Assembly: GCA_051294375.1 (NCBI GenBank)
Contig: CM119266.1
Location: forward strand, 4,648,573 to 4,712,572
Reading direction: 5' to 3'
Source of the DNA: Paraspadella gotoi
Lineage: Eukaryota > Animalia > Chaetognatha
DNA length: 64,000 nt
Below are positions 1-12,000 of this stretch, piece by piece. How positions within the stretch are numbered: the first letter of the stretch is position 1; every line of letters begins with the position of its first letter. Under the pieces are notes generated by a model. That model was not told where the DNA came from. It did not search any database and saw only the letters and a program-made list of their open reading frames with translations. A program made the position numbers and the translations under genes.

Positions 1-74
1 TAAATGTATAATTGTATATTTATTGTATCAATTTCATCAAATGCTTTACTCAATAACATTTTTTTTTCATCCAG

Positions 75-3000
75 CACGGTCCGTCAACGCGCAGGGATCA
101 TTGTGTTACACTTGCGCCAAACGCGTTTCTTCTGCGGAAGAAAACCGACCGAGTTTGGTAGAGATTTTCGCCTCGCCTCCTCTCAACGTCTCCGAACCCA
201 TGTTCTTCCCTTTCCTCGAAAACGTTTCTCCACCGAAAGGTTTCTTTTTGGATTTGTTTTTTAAATCATTAAGTCTCACCATTCTCGCATTTTCCATTTT
301 AAAAAAAGAGTTGGTTTCCTGTTGCAGGCGTGATCCGCATGGGCGCCGACCGTCGCGTCAAGGTTTGTCAAACTTGCTTCTCTTGGCTGCGGAATCAATG
401 GATGGCCAACGAAGAGGCCAACATTCCCCTCGAGCGAAGGGAATACACTTTGCCGGAAGGAGCGGACAAAGTCAATCGTTCTTCCTTAGGTCAGAACGCT
501 TTCCTCACTTTTCAATCACTTTCCAATCATTTTCCTCACTTTCCATCATTTTCGTCCCTTTCCAGTAACTTTCCTCACTTTCCAACATCTTTCCTCACTT
601 TCCAACGTCTTTCGTCACTTTCCAACTTCTTTCGTCACTTTCCAACATCTTTCGTCACTTTCCAACTTCTTTCGTCACTTTCAAACTTCTTTCGTCACTT
701 TCCTACTTCTTTCGTCACTTTCCAACTTCTTTCGTCACTTTCCAACTTCTTTCGTCACTTTCCAACTTCTTTCGTCACTTTCCAACTTCTTTCGTCACTT
801 TCCAACTTCTTTCGTCACTTTCCAACTTCTTTCGTCACTTTCCAACTTCTTTCGTCACTTTCCAACTTCTTTCGTCACTTTCCAATCACTTTTGAGACTT
901 TCTCTTTAGAATGTGTACTATTTTACATTTTAACTTTTGATTTTATGAAATTGGTACTACCAATATAAAAATTATCCATTCATTTATTTTTAGGACGACT
1001 TTCCGATAAGCTGCCTAAGGTTTCGTCCATTGCAGAGGAATCAAGTTTAACCAGGTTTAGTCAGCAGTGTCTTATTTAGTTGTGTATCAAATTTAGTTAA
1101 CTTTTAGTTGGATCTGCTTATCAGCAGATCCCGACTCTATAATTCACTTTATCGGTCCGCCCCCTCAATCTTGTTAGGCATTCACTTGTATCATGTCAAA
1201 ACATCCGTCCCACCTTAGCAAAAAACACCAATTACTCGTGATTGGATGGATGGATTGGAATGAAATTTTGTGTGTGGGTAGGGAAGTGTGTGATTGAGTT
1301 GGATATGAAGTTTCGATGGAATCGTCCGAGTGGAAATGAGTTTAAATGGAAAAAACAAAAAAATATATTACACTATTTGAACGCCAATTACTCATGAGTG
1401 GATGGGGCGATTGACCTGAAATTTTGTATGTGGGTAGGAAAGTGTATGATTAAGTTGGAAATCAAGTTTCAATGGAATCGTTTGAGTGGAAATGAGTTTA
1501 AATGAAAAAAAAACCTGTTTCATTGTAATGTATTCATTCAAATGTAAATGCAAGATGTATTAATTAATCAAATTAATCAATTAATTAATCAGTTAATCAA
1601 TCAAGTCAATCGTTATCGGTATTATTCTCAACGTCGTCATTGCTTTTGTTGTGGTTAGTGATGAAAAGACCTAAAAACAAACATTTGGGATCAAATTATT
1701 TAATTAACTTGAATTATTAAATTATTAATTAATTACCGATAATGATCGTGGGCAGATCCGACATTGTTTTCTTTGTTGTTATTTTTATTTTTTCTTTGTT
1801 CCAGATTTGAGGAGGACTCCGACCCAAAAAAGGTGATTTTTATAAATGTTTTTTTTTTAATATTATTTTTTTGGGGGATAGGGTCTTACATAGCTATAAT
1901 CTATTCAAGTCAATAATAAATAACCAAGGGCATGTATGTTTTCGCTATTCAATTCCTTTTTTTCCCGAAAAGTACCGTAATTAAAACACTATTTTCCCGA
2001 CCTCAGCCAGAGGTGATAGTGCTTAATAAAATTTGTTTTAAAGAGTTTGAAGTACAGAATACTAGAAATTCTTTGCCCTTTGGACGACCCTCTCATTAAA
2101 TAGGATTTTTTAAAGCTGAGAAGAGACTTAAAGATTAATCTCTCTTTCTCTCGAATCACTCGGCGGACGCATGGCTTTTAAAATTTCCCACTTCGGCCCC
2201 GAATTCGAATCTGAGATCAAATTCGCTCTTTCGTCTTTAGTTTCTGCCTAAATAGTTTTCCCGTTCCTCGTTCCTTTTGTGTGTGTGTGTGACCGTGTGT
2301 GCGACCGTGTGTGCGATCGTCTCGCTCTCTCTCTCTCGTTACTTCCATCGCGATCCGGTTTTTTTTTCTACTCGCCATCATCTGATCCTCCCAAATAAAT
2401 CCAAAGGGTCTCGATGACCCCGAGTTCATTTTTTTGTGGGAATTACTAAATATTTTATAAGCTTTGAGATTTAAATTTTTTTATTTTATTTTATCGAATG
2501 TACTTGTTCTTGAAATCTTTTTCCCTCGTCTTAGTTTGATCCAGTTTGGACCGGTTTTTTTTTTTTTTTTCATTTCCTTTAATATATTCTCTTCCTCTTC
2601 GATTCACTTTGAGACCCCGGAGATTTTTTCGTTGTACCAGATTTGGTCAAAGAAGAGGAGTCTTTTATCCTATCCAGCTTAAGCTTTAGTTAGAACAAAT
2701 CATAACATAAATATCTTCTTTATAAATCTATGAAAAAATCTACGTATAAATCAATTAATCTATCAATCATTAGCAGTAGCTGCGCCAATACCAACGTGCA
2801 TAATTTGGTCATTTTGCATAATTTGGTCATTTTGCATAATTTTATCAACTTGCATGATTTTGTCAACTACAATCACGAGTAATTGGAGTTTTTTACTACT
2901 CGATATCGCAAACTACGTTACAATGTGACGACTGCAAATGAGAACAATATATCGTTTTTTTGTTTTTCACGACAATTTTATAGTGATAAATATTAAGACG

Positions 3001-6000
3001 CGTTTTTATTTCACATAAACTAAAGAAAATGGTTGGAGTGTCTGCATCCAAGCCCTTAAAAATTCGGATCCGCAAAACTTCTTACTTTTCAGAGGTTGGT
3101 AAAAGCAATTTACATTCTGAGAAATGCACCTACAAAGAGCAGTGTAATCCGATGCACCCAGTGTTGTATTGGAATATTTCACACATGCTATTAATAAGAA
3201 TATCGCTTAAGGTCACCTGTATTTTTAGAACAACCGCTTGTCCATTTATGACTGATCAAATTTGAACTATATAATTTAACTGAATATAAATTTCGAATTT
3301 GGCTAATATTTTAAAAATTTTGTACTGTTTATTATTAAGCAAATTTAGGTGACATGATTTAAAAAAAATATTTATTTGGTGTTATTAGTTTTTACTAATA
3401 GTTTTTATTACTCATAAATTTTCTTGCCCATTTTGTCAGGTGAAAATTAAACTAATTTATTTAAGTGAAACGAAATTTTCGTGAAACAACAATATAATTT
3501 TATTGTAGATAAAATTTATTAAAAAATTTACTTTGTAATTAGTAACCAGGCAAAGAGTTTATTATTGTATCACGGTAAAAAAATTTTCTGTAAAATTTGG
3601 AGGAAAATATGATATGAATTTATTTCCTTTCACTCTTAAATGGACACTGAATATTTTCTTATAAATGTAACATTGTTGAAAAATATAATGTAATGATATA
3701 ATAAAATAAGAGGGGTTTTGGTAATTGTAATTCCTTCTCCAGCTCTCTGAGCCAACTTTAAATTGTCCGCGCACTAAGCAACGACGTTGACGAGGGACTG
3801 AGGGACAACAGCAAGAAACTCCATCAATGAATTTAGAATCCGTTCGGGCGGAAGATGCAGAAGGTGAAATGAGACATGGCATTCACATATTTTGAATCGC
3901 TTTTTCAACTCGGATTGCTACTACTTGGTCCTTAGATTTAGATTGTGGCTCAGTTATTATTAGTGTTCGAAGCGAGATCAAGAAATGTAAATGCCGACGT
4001 TGTGAACATTGGCTTGTGCCTCGTTATAATTAAGGATGGCCGACAAATTGTTTAAATATTTCGTCTAGAGATTCATTTTAGTATTATATGTACATACTAA
4101 GTTACATATTTTAACTTCTGTACACGATTTTTCTTAAAAGATGTAAATTATTATGTATTTGTGGCGGTATATTCACACCGCCTCACGTCCACCATCCTTC
4201 AGCCAAAATCCATTGGCTCAGAGGGGGAACACACCATCCCAGGCGTAGTGTTCCATCCACAGTCCTAACGACTTCCCTCTGCGTTGGCAAAGCGAGACCG
4301 TCCTAGGGTAACCGCGCCAGTGACTGGATGCGTCACTGAGGGTCGGAAGCCCCCAAAGCCAACAGTGAGATGCCCCATCCCAATGGGCATCACAGGCAAC
4401 CCGGCTGTTGCCATATATTATCTGAAATCTAACATGGTTATTTAGAATTTCCCAATTTACCTTGATGTTTTCTTTGTTTTATAGAAAGTTGTACTTGTAA
4501 TACCTAATTTTAAAAAAAATAATCTAAACTTAATATTTTTAAGAAGTTGCTATTTCATACTATCATTTACTTCATAAAAAATATATTTATCTAATTATGA
4601 TGGTGATATTTAAATTGCTTTGTTAAAGTATTAGTATTTTTCCGTGCAGTGATAAATTTTTTTACAGTATTCATTAAAAATTTTCTTTACTTTTAACAGC
4701 GCCCGTCGGTAAAAATTACGGTCTATTTAGCTTTAGTATTACTATTGACAATTATGTTATTTTTTTCTCCGTTTCTAATCTTTCTGGAAGGTTTTGTTTA
4801 AATCCTAATACAAAATCCTTCGCCGTAGCCTCTCGCCGTCGGTCCAGCCCGATCAAGTTGTTGCCTTGCCGGTGAATCCTCCGGCCGGCGCCGCCCGTCC
4901 GGTGATGAGTGATGGCGCTGCCGATGGCCCAATCCCTTTGCACCGGGAGGTATCTCTTTCTAAATGGATCTTTAAAAACGATTCATTCAATTTTACATTT
5001 AATTCCCGACAACGAACAATCAATCATTCAATCTTTTAACTAAACGCCTGCGTTTTTATCTTGAACGTTGCTGCTTTACTTTTTGCAATGGTTGCAAGAT
5101 AGTTGTCGATGAAAAAACGTGCAATTGACTTGGTAATCCGGGCTCAATGATTCTCTCTTACGTTTTGACATTGTAAACCTCAGCTCGATTATTGATATAT
5201 CTTTGACAAGAGCCTAGAAAAAACAATGTGCAGTTTAGTTTACTTTAGATGTTTATCAGACATAAATTACAAAGAAAAGAAGACACGGAATCGTTCGATA
5301 TGCATAGTCCACACTAATGGTCATTTTTGATGCCCCGCCAGGTATTCGCGCCCGCTTTGATCCTGACGGAGCCGACATGCTTCGTTTGCGGGATAGAGAC
5401 TTCGGATGGGAAGACGCTGAGATCGTCACCGCGCGAAGATCGAGGCGCTGGCGCCAGTGACGCGGCTGAACCCTTCTTTCCTTTCCTCGCCTCGTTCGAG
5501 TCGCCCTCCCCCGAGGCCAGGGTCAAGGATGACGGGACTGTGGTCGCTTGCAGGTGGTCGTGGCATCTGTTTGCAAAATTTTCCTTTCAATATTTCTTCT
5601 TTTTGTTATCTTGTCACATTTCATCTTCAAAACTTAAAATTAGTATTAGTAAATCTTTATAAAAATTCTTTCTGTTCGTTGTAATGGTAAGTTTATTAAG
5701 AAAAACGAAAGTTTTAAATGCAAAAACAACGATTTTAATACAAGACGTACATGTTTCGACTCATTGGTTCGAGTCTTCTTCAGCGTTTTGATTTTAGATA
5801 AATTTTTATTACAAAAGTATATATATATATAGTAAATCTTTATAAAAGCGTGAGTCATTATTTTCAATTCTATATTTTTTAATTCTTATACCCCTTTCTC
5901 TCTCAAGATTTTGCCACGACAATCTCTACCGTCAATGGGACAATTTCGAATCGAGCGGCGACAAAAACCCTTGGCTGCGTGAATACGACCCTCGCACTTT

Positions 6001-9000
6001 CTACTGCTTCTTGTGCAGCATCCCGACTCTTCGAGCACGCGTCAAGCTCATCGTCCAGGACCAATTCCCTTTCATTCGAGATCACGAGTTACAAACGCCA
6101 GAAAAATGCCTCTTTGGGCCCAAAGTGAGTCGGTTTGCGCTGGGGCATCCGTAACCGAGAAAACCCATTCTCATTAACATATTGCAGCAGTTGGATTATT
6201 TTATGGCAACACCCGGGTTGCCTGTGATGCCCATCGGGTTGGAGCATCTCACTGTTGCCTTTAGGGGCTTCTGTCATTGGCGCGGTTACCCTAGGAGCTA
6301 GGACGGTCTCGCTTTGCCAACGCAGAGGGAAGTCGTTAGGACTGTGGATTAGGGTGGAGTGATGAAAAGATTGAAAGAGTGATTTTAAATCCTTTTAAAA
6401 ATTTTTTTAGCATAACAGTATAGTAAATTCAATTATTTATGTAGTAATATCCTTATAAAATCGTTAAATTTCAAAATATATTTTTTTTATTTTTAAGAAT
6501 AGATTTGGATTCACTGTAAAAGACTAAGAAACTTTTATAAAATATGTTATATGATATTTTAATATTTGGATTCTAAAAAATGATTAAAATGTTTTAACAT
6601 ATTATGGCAACAGCCGGGTTGCCTGTGATGCCCATTGGGATGGGGCATCTCACTGTTGGCTTTGGGGGCTTCCGACCCTCAGTGATGCATCCAGTCACTG
6701 GCGCGGTTACCCTAGGACGGTCTCGCTTTGCCAACGCAGAGGGAAGTCGTTAGGACTGTGGATGGAACACTACGTCTGGGATGGTTTGTTCCCCCTCTGA
6801 GCCAATGGATTTGGCTGAACGATGGTAGACGTGAGGCGGTGTGAATATACCGCTAAGTTTTTTCTCCAGAGAATAAAAAAGTCATGAATTTTCACCTTTT
6901 TTCCGTTTTAAATGCTGAAGATGAAAGAATTTTTGATAACATATTTTATATTTTTGATTCAACTTTTTATGAAGTTTTAAAAAAATTATTTTAAAATTTA
7001 CTATTTTATAAGAATATTACTACAAATATATTTAGAGAAAAAACGAAGTTTTTATTAGTTTTCAACGAAATTTGTTTTTTATTGATAAACAGACATGTTT
7101 CGGCTTTAGCATTCAAGCCTTCTTCATCGTTTTCAGTTTGTGAATTGGATAAATTATTGTGCAAAAGAAGAGTGTGAGTGAGAGAGAGAGAGAGAGAGAA
7201 AGGGAGAGTTAAAGTTTCCAACAAAGTGGTGAGACAGAATAGTGGTCAGAGGTGAGGACAGGGTAAGTTGAACACAGATTGAGTGAGTTTTTGAAAAAGA
7301 AATGAAATTTGTTAGAGAGAAAGAGAGAGAGTGATAGACTAAGAGGAAAGGTCATTCAGCATAACAATACGTAATCATTGATGTGTTAGAGCTAATATAT
7401 CGAGAAATACATTATAGTCATCAGTAATCACAAAAAAATAAGTTCTTTTTTATTTGGGTTCATTCTGTTTTCAATCATTATTTTTAAATGGGTAAATAAC
7501 AAAATTGTTAAGTTAAATGGGTAAGCAAATTTTTTAAAGATTTGTTTTTCAATCTGGTTGTTAAAAAATTCTAGGTAAGAAGTTAAAACACGGTATGGGA
7601 TAGTTTAGAAGGGGAGAATTAAACAATTAATCTCGTTACTCTGTTGGTTTTCCAGTCATGAACAAAATCTTCAGTTAAATAGATGGTAAAGAAATTCGAG
7701 CTACAATGAATCTACACTGAATTTGAAGAGTTGCAGCCTAAACGACTGCAATAATATTGAATTAAAAATTTGATTAGCAATCTTAAAAACATTTGTAAAA
7801 ATGTAATAGAGAGACATTTTGATAAACGTGTTCCAGTTAGAAAGAATTCAGGGTTAAAGTTTAAAAACGCTTCATTTTCAAGGAAGCAAGTTGAAATTTA
7901 AAAATGTCTCTCTATTACATTTTTCAAATTCAGTAATTAAAAATTCATAAAAAATATCAGATGGATTGGCCTTTTCGTTTGACCTGCAACTCTTCAGATA
8001 GGTTTCTTTTATTTTATATTATAATTAAAACCGATATAAAATGGGGTAGAATGCATCAAATGCTTAAAGTGAATACATTTTCGGAATCACCAGGAGCTCA
8101 GCTTTCTGAATTTGTACTCCATTTTGACCTATTTTGAAGTTGAATTGAATGACCCTTTTTCTTAACAGGGATAAATAAATAATTAAAAGATACATTGTGC
8201 AATGTACAACAGTGGTAAATGTTTAAAACTGAAAAAAGATTGGTGAGAATTTTTAACAATTGTAAAAAGAGTGAATAAATAAATCATTATATATACTAAT
8301 TAGCTAAAGGATAATTTGGTGAAATATGAAATTGAATTGTGAAAGAAAGGCTGAGAGGAGAGTGTGACCGAACTTGTAAGTGTTGGACTAGGGACTGAGC
8401 CAGAAGGAAAGATCCCTCGGGCCACTCTTATGTTTCTTTGGCCTGATACGCCTGCCGACTGCCCTCGTCTCGCCTGCTGGCGAGGTGGGCGGTTGTCCGT
8501 TCTTGCCGCTTTAGCGACAGGAGTGGTGAACTCCTCTCCCTCCTCCTGAAGCGGTCGTTTTGGGCGACGCCCAGTCACCAGAAAAAGGGACGGAGTTGCT
8601 GCAATAATAAAAAACAAATTTCGTTGAAAACTAATAAAAACTTGTGTTTTTTTCTCTAAATCATTTACAACGAAAAAGAAAGGGCCATCACGCATAAAAT
8701 GGGGTATATTTTTTCGCAATCGAGTAAACAAAAAGATTTCGGAATCTTCTTTACCGTTTTTTTAAATTTCAGATTTTTTTTTAAATTTCTTTTTCCTTAA
8801 TTTTTTTCTTTTTTTTTTTCTCAATTCTTTTTTCTCAATTTTTTTTCAAACAATTAATTCCTAATTACTATTGCATAAAAAGGTTTTTATTCAATAGTTC
8901 ATACAAAATATCGAGATTTGTTTATTTTATTAAACATTGCATTCGAAATTCAAATCATTTCAAATCAGATGAAAAGGATGAAAATCAAAGAGAGAGACAG

Positions 9001-12000
9001 TGAGAGAGAGAGGAGAGAAAGAGAGAAGAGAGACTCTCTAGAACTTCTTCAAGTTCAAAGCAAACATCTTGTTAAGGTATAGTTGCCGCTAAAAAACCAT
9101 TGTCAGCAGAATATTGGAGTCCGGTATCAATAGAATCTAAAATTTATGATAAAAAGACAGAATTTATCGAAAAGGAAAGTAAAAACAACTAAATATGTTC
9201 TCAAAGATTTTCAAGAAGACTGTTCTCATTTTGTGCGGGCCATACCGTGAGACATATCCATGAATTTCAGTAACGAGTTGAAAGGTCATTTCATCCTCTT
9301 GAATTCGCCGTATGCGAACGAAAAAATTGTTCAGGGAAAATCAATAAAATGAAGAAAATATCACTTAATTCGCGAATTCCAACGCGGTAAACGTTTAAAC
9401 TATTCCTTTTCGGTTTTACCCCATTTTATGCGTGATGCCGATTATCATGTAATACAAATATATTAGATTCCTCCATAAATTTTTAAATTTGTCAGAACGT
9501 TTTTCTCTTTTTTTTCCATATTTTTTTGACACGCTAAACGTTTCTCTGATTACGCAAAATTTCATGAAAAAAATAAAAAAATAATAGTACCAATAGTTAG
9601 TGTTATGTCTCGAATAGATGGAAAAAAACCTCGTTTAAAAATTCGATCGGGAAGTGGGGTAACTAAGGCTTACCAATGGCATCCTCCACGCCAATCGTTC
9701 TCTCAAATAATTTTTTTTATTTAATACATTTGAAAGGGAAAAAAAAAAAATTCAGAATGCAGGTTGCAGAAAGGGTACAGATAATATGGACATACTGACA
9801 TGATAATCATGACCTTTTATGTCTTGTGAAAGGGGGGCAGTAAAGAAACCTAAAAAATTCGATCATTAAGTCAGTCAATGAACCTTTCCAATGGGCTATT
9901 CCGCGAAATTTTTTTTCTTAATTTAAACGGATGATAAGTAATAGAATTAAATTCCTTGTATAAAGGTTGTTATATTTAAAGAAAAATATTCAATACAAAT
10001 AAACACAATGATGTCTTGCTTTGTCAAATATGTCACCAGCTATGTAATTTTTTAAAATTTATTATGATAAACAAGCAGCGTGTCAAGCTTTTTGTTTGCA
10101 GTTGAAGATAATGGAAAATGACAATTTTTTTTTTCACAGACAAGAAGGTAGATGTCCAGACTGTTTATATCAATCTGAAAATATTTTTGTATTTATCATT
10201 TTTCATATTTAAAAAACATTTTATCCAGCTACTTCATAAATTTTTGCTTGTTTTTTACTTTAACTAAAAAATACAAGCAAATTTATAGAGTAGAGCAAAT
10301 TTAATGGTAATCAAAATGTAATTTAGTCTTTCCTTTTTCAAATTACAAAAGAAGCAAAAAAATTTCACATGTTCTTCATTGAAATTTTTAATGCAAAAAA
10401 CGTGTTATACTTTTAACTCCGATTTAAATAAAAGCTGTGTAAAGATTTATGGATAAAATTATAAAAAACTATTTCGGAGAGGTGTCCCATGATTAGGCTT
10501 TAATTTAATACCTCACCCACTTTCCTACCTCTTTTCTTTCCAAAGTTATTCAAGAAAATAACTTTTTTTACCGTGAGAGAACTAAGGATTTAACTACGCA
10601 GTACAAATCTTTGTTAAATAAAAATTTCGGCAAAGCGGGAGTATCTCAATTTATCCTATTGGTACAATACCTAAATTTTAAAATAAAACTTAAAGAAAAA
10701 TTTTCCGTCCTCTAGAGACATGTCACTTTCAGGTTTACCTATCGTCTTACACATTTATGGATTATGCTGGAAGAAATCAGCAAAACGTTTTCTCTTTTTT
10801 TTAAATAGTTTGTACTAGCGCGTCAGAAATCTAAGAAGAAACTCGAAAATTTTATTCTGACAAATTTTGCCTTTCAAGGCTGACGTTTATGACTATATCT
10901 CGGAAACCATTGTAGGAATTTAAAAACTTTTTTTGCAAGTGAACATTGATATCATCCTCCAGGATCGGCATAAAAATATATAAAAAAATAAACTAATATT
11001 GGCTGTCGAGTGAGGTATCTAAATATATATATTTTACTATTCTGTTCCCGAGACAATATGAACAAAGTATTTTTAGTACTAGTTAATCATACTATCTCAC
11101 ATCTAAATATCCTTGTTCGGTCATTCAAGTAAATTTTTTGTTCTTGAGTGCTCCACTCTACCGCGGATGGAACAATGGGATGGTGTGTTCCCCCTCTGAG
11201 CCAATGGGATTGGATGAACGATGATGGACATGAGGCGGTGTGAATATACCGCTACAATTTACCATTTATTTTGACATAGGTTTTCTATATGTTTTCGATA
11301 TCTAGCGATACTTTTAATAAGGTTTAATAATGATTTAGTTTTCCAATATATATATATTTTAGCTTAACAAATGGAAGTATTTTTCTTATTATGAAAGACT
11401 TATCTTTGATAAAAGATGCCCCTCCCCCATAGTTTTCAAATTTTAAAAACATTCTTTCTCATTTCCGAACAGAACGAGTGGGCCTTGATCTGTTACACCT
11501 GCGATCGATCCCTACAACAACAACGCGCAGATTACGAGAAACTTAAACTCCCCGAGAAATTCCGTAAATACAACTGGAGACAAATTCCTCTGGAACAGAC
11601 GCTGCCCATTCAAAAGGAGGAACGGAGGAAAACGGTCAGGATTATAATCTTAATCCTAATCTTTTTCTTTATCTTCATCTCATTAAAATCTTGTGGTTTC
11701 AGGCTAATTCGGAATCCGTAACGAAAGAAGCCGCCAGCAGCTCGACGACCGAAAACGACGAGTACATGGACGAAACTGGATCCAATTCAGAATATCAAGG
11801 TCTTTTTCTTTTTTACTACAAAATGTTGTTCTTGTTAGCTGTTAATCGATATAAACCGGTAATAAATTAGCAGTCTCCTTGCATTAGCGTCCCGTCCCAC
11901 TAAACTGCTCGGCGGCTACCTGGCTAGAACCTTGGACCTTTGGTTTGGGAGGTGGCTGACCTGCCGCCGGCTCCAATGACCCCGATAATCACAGCATTCG

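Larger units (their letters stand above)
6350..11160. mobile_element. hAT-like non-autonomous DNA transposon (container for further insertions)
   Basis: Termini TAGGGTGGAG / CTCCACTCTA; 8-bp TSD CTGTGGAT vs CCGCGGAT (2 transitions); no transposase ORF recognised. Confidence 0.65.
6202..11256 (-). mobile_element. Structured TGT...ATA element, copy 2, split into 6202-6349 and 11161-11256 by a 4.8 kb insertion
   Basis: The halves are contiguous in the family consensus; TSD ATTT at 6198-6201 and 11257-11260. Confidence 0.8.

Noticed and set aside
490-968. Repetitive C-terminal part of ORF 330-968 (FPTSFVTFQLLSSLSNFFRH)n
   Set aside because: Read-through of an intronic 20-bp minisatellite; the real exon ends at the donor after 489.
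3029-3265. Cys-containing segment resembling a transposase PHD finger
   Set aside because: Too short and degenerate; no matching second TIR found.
3743-3863. Exon-like segment in the GSE1-like gene
   Set aside because: Stops in all three frames from the acceptor; may be an alternative 5' exon (ATG 3827) but phase does not join cleanly, so left out of the model.
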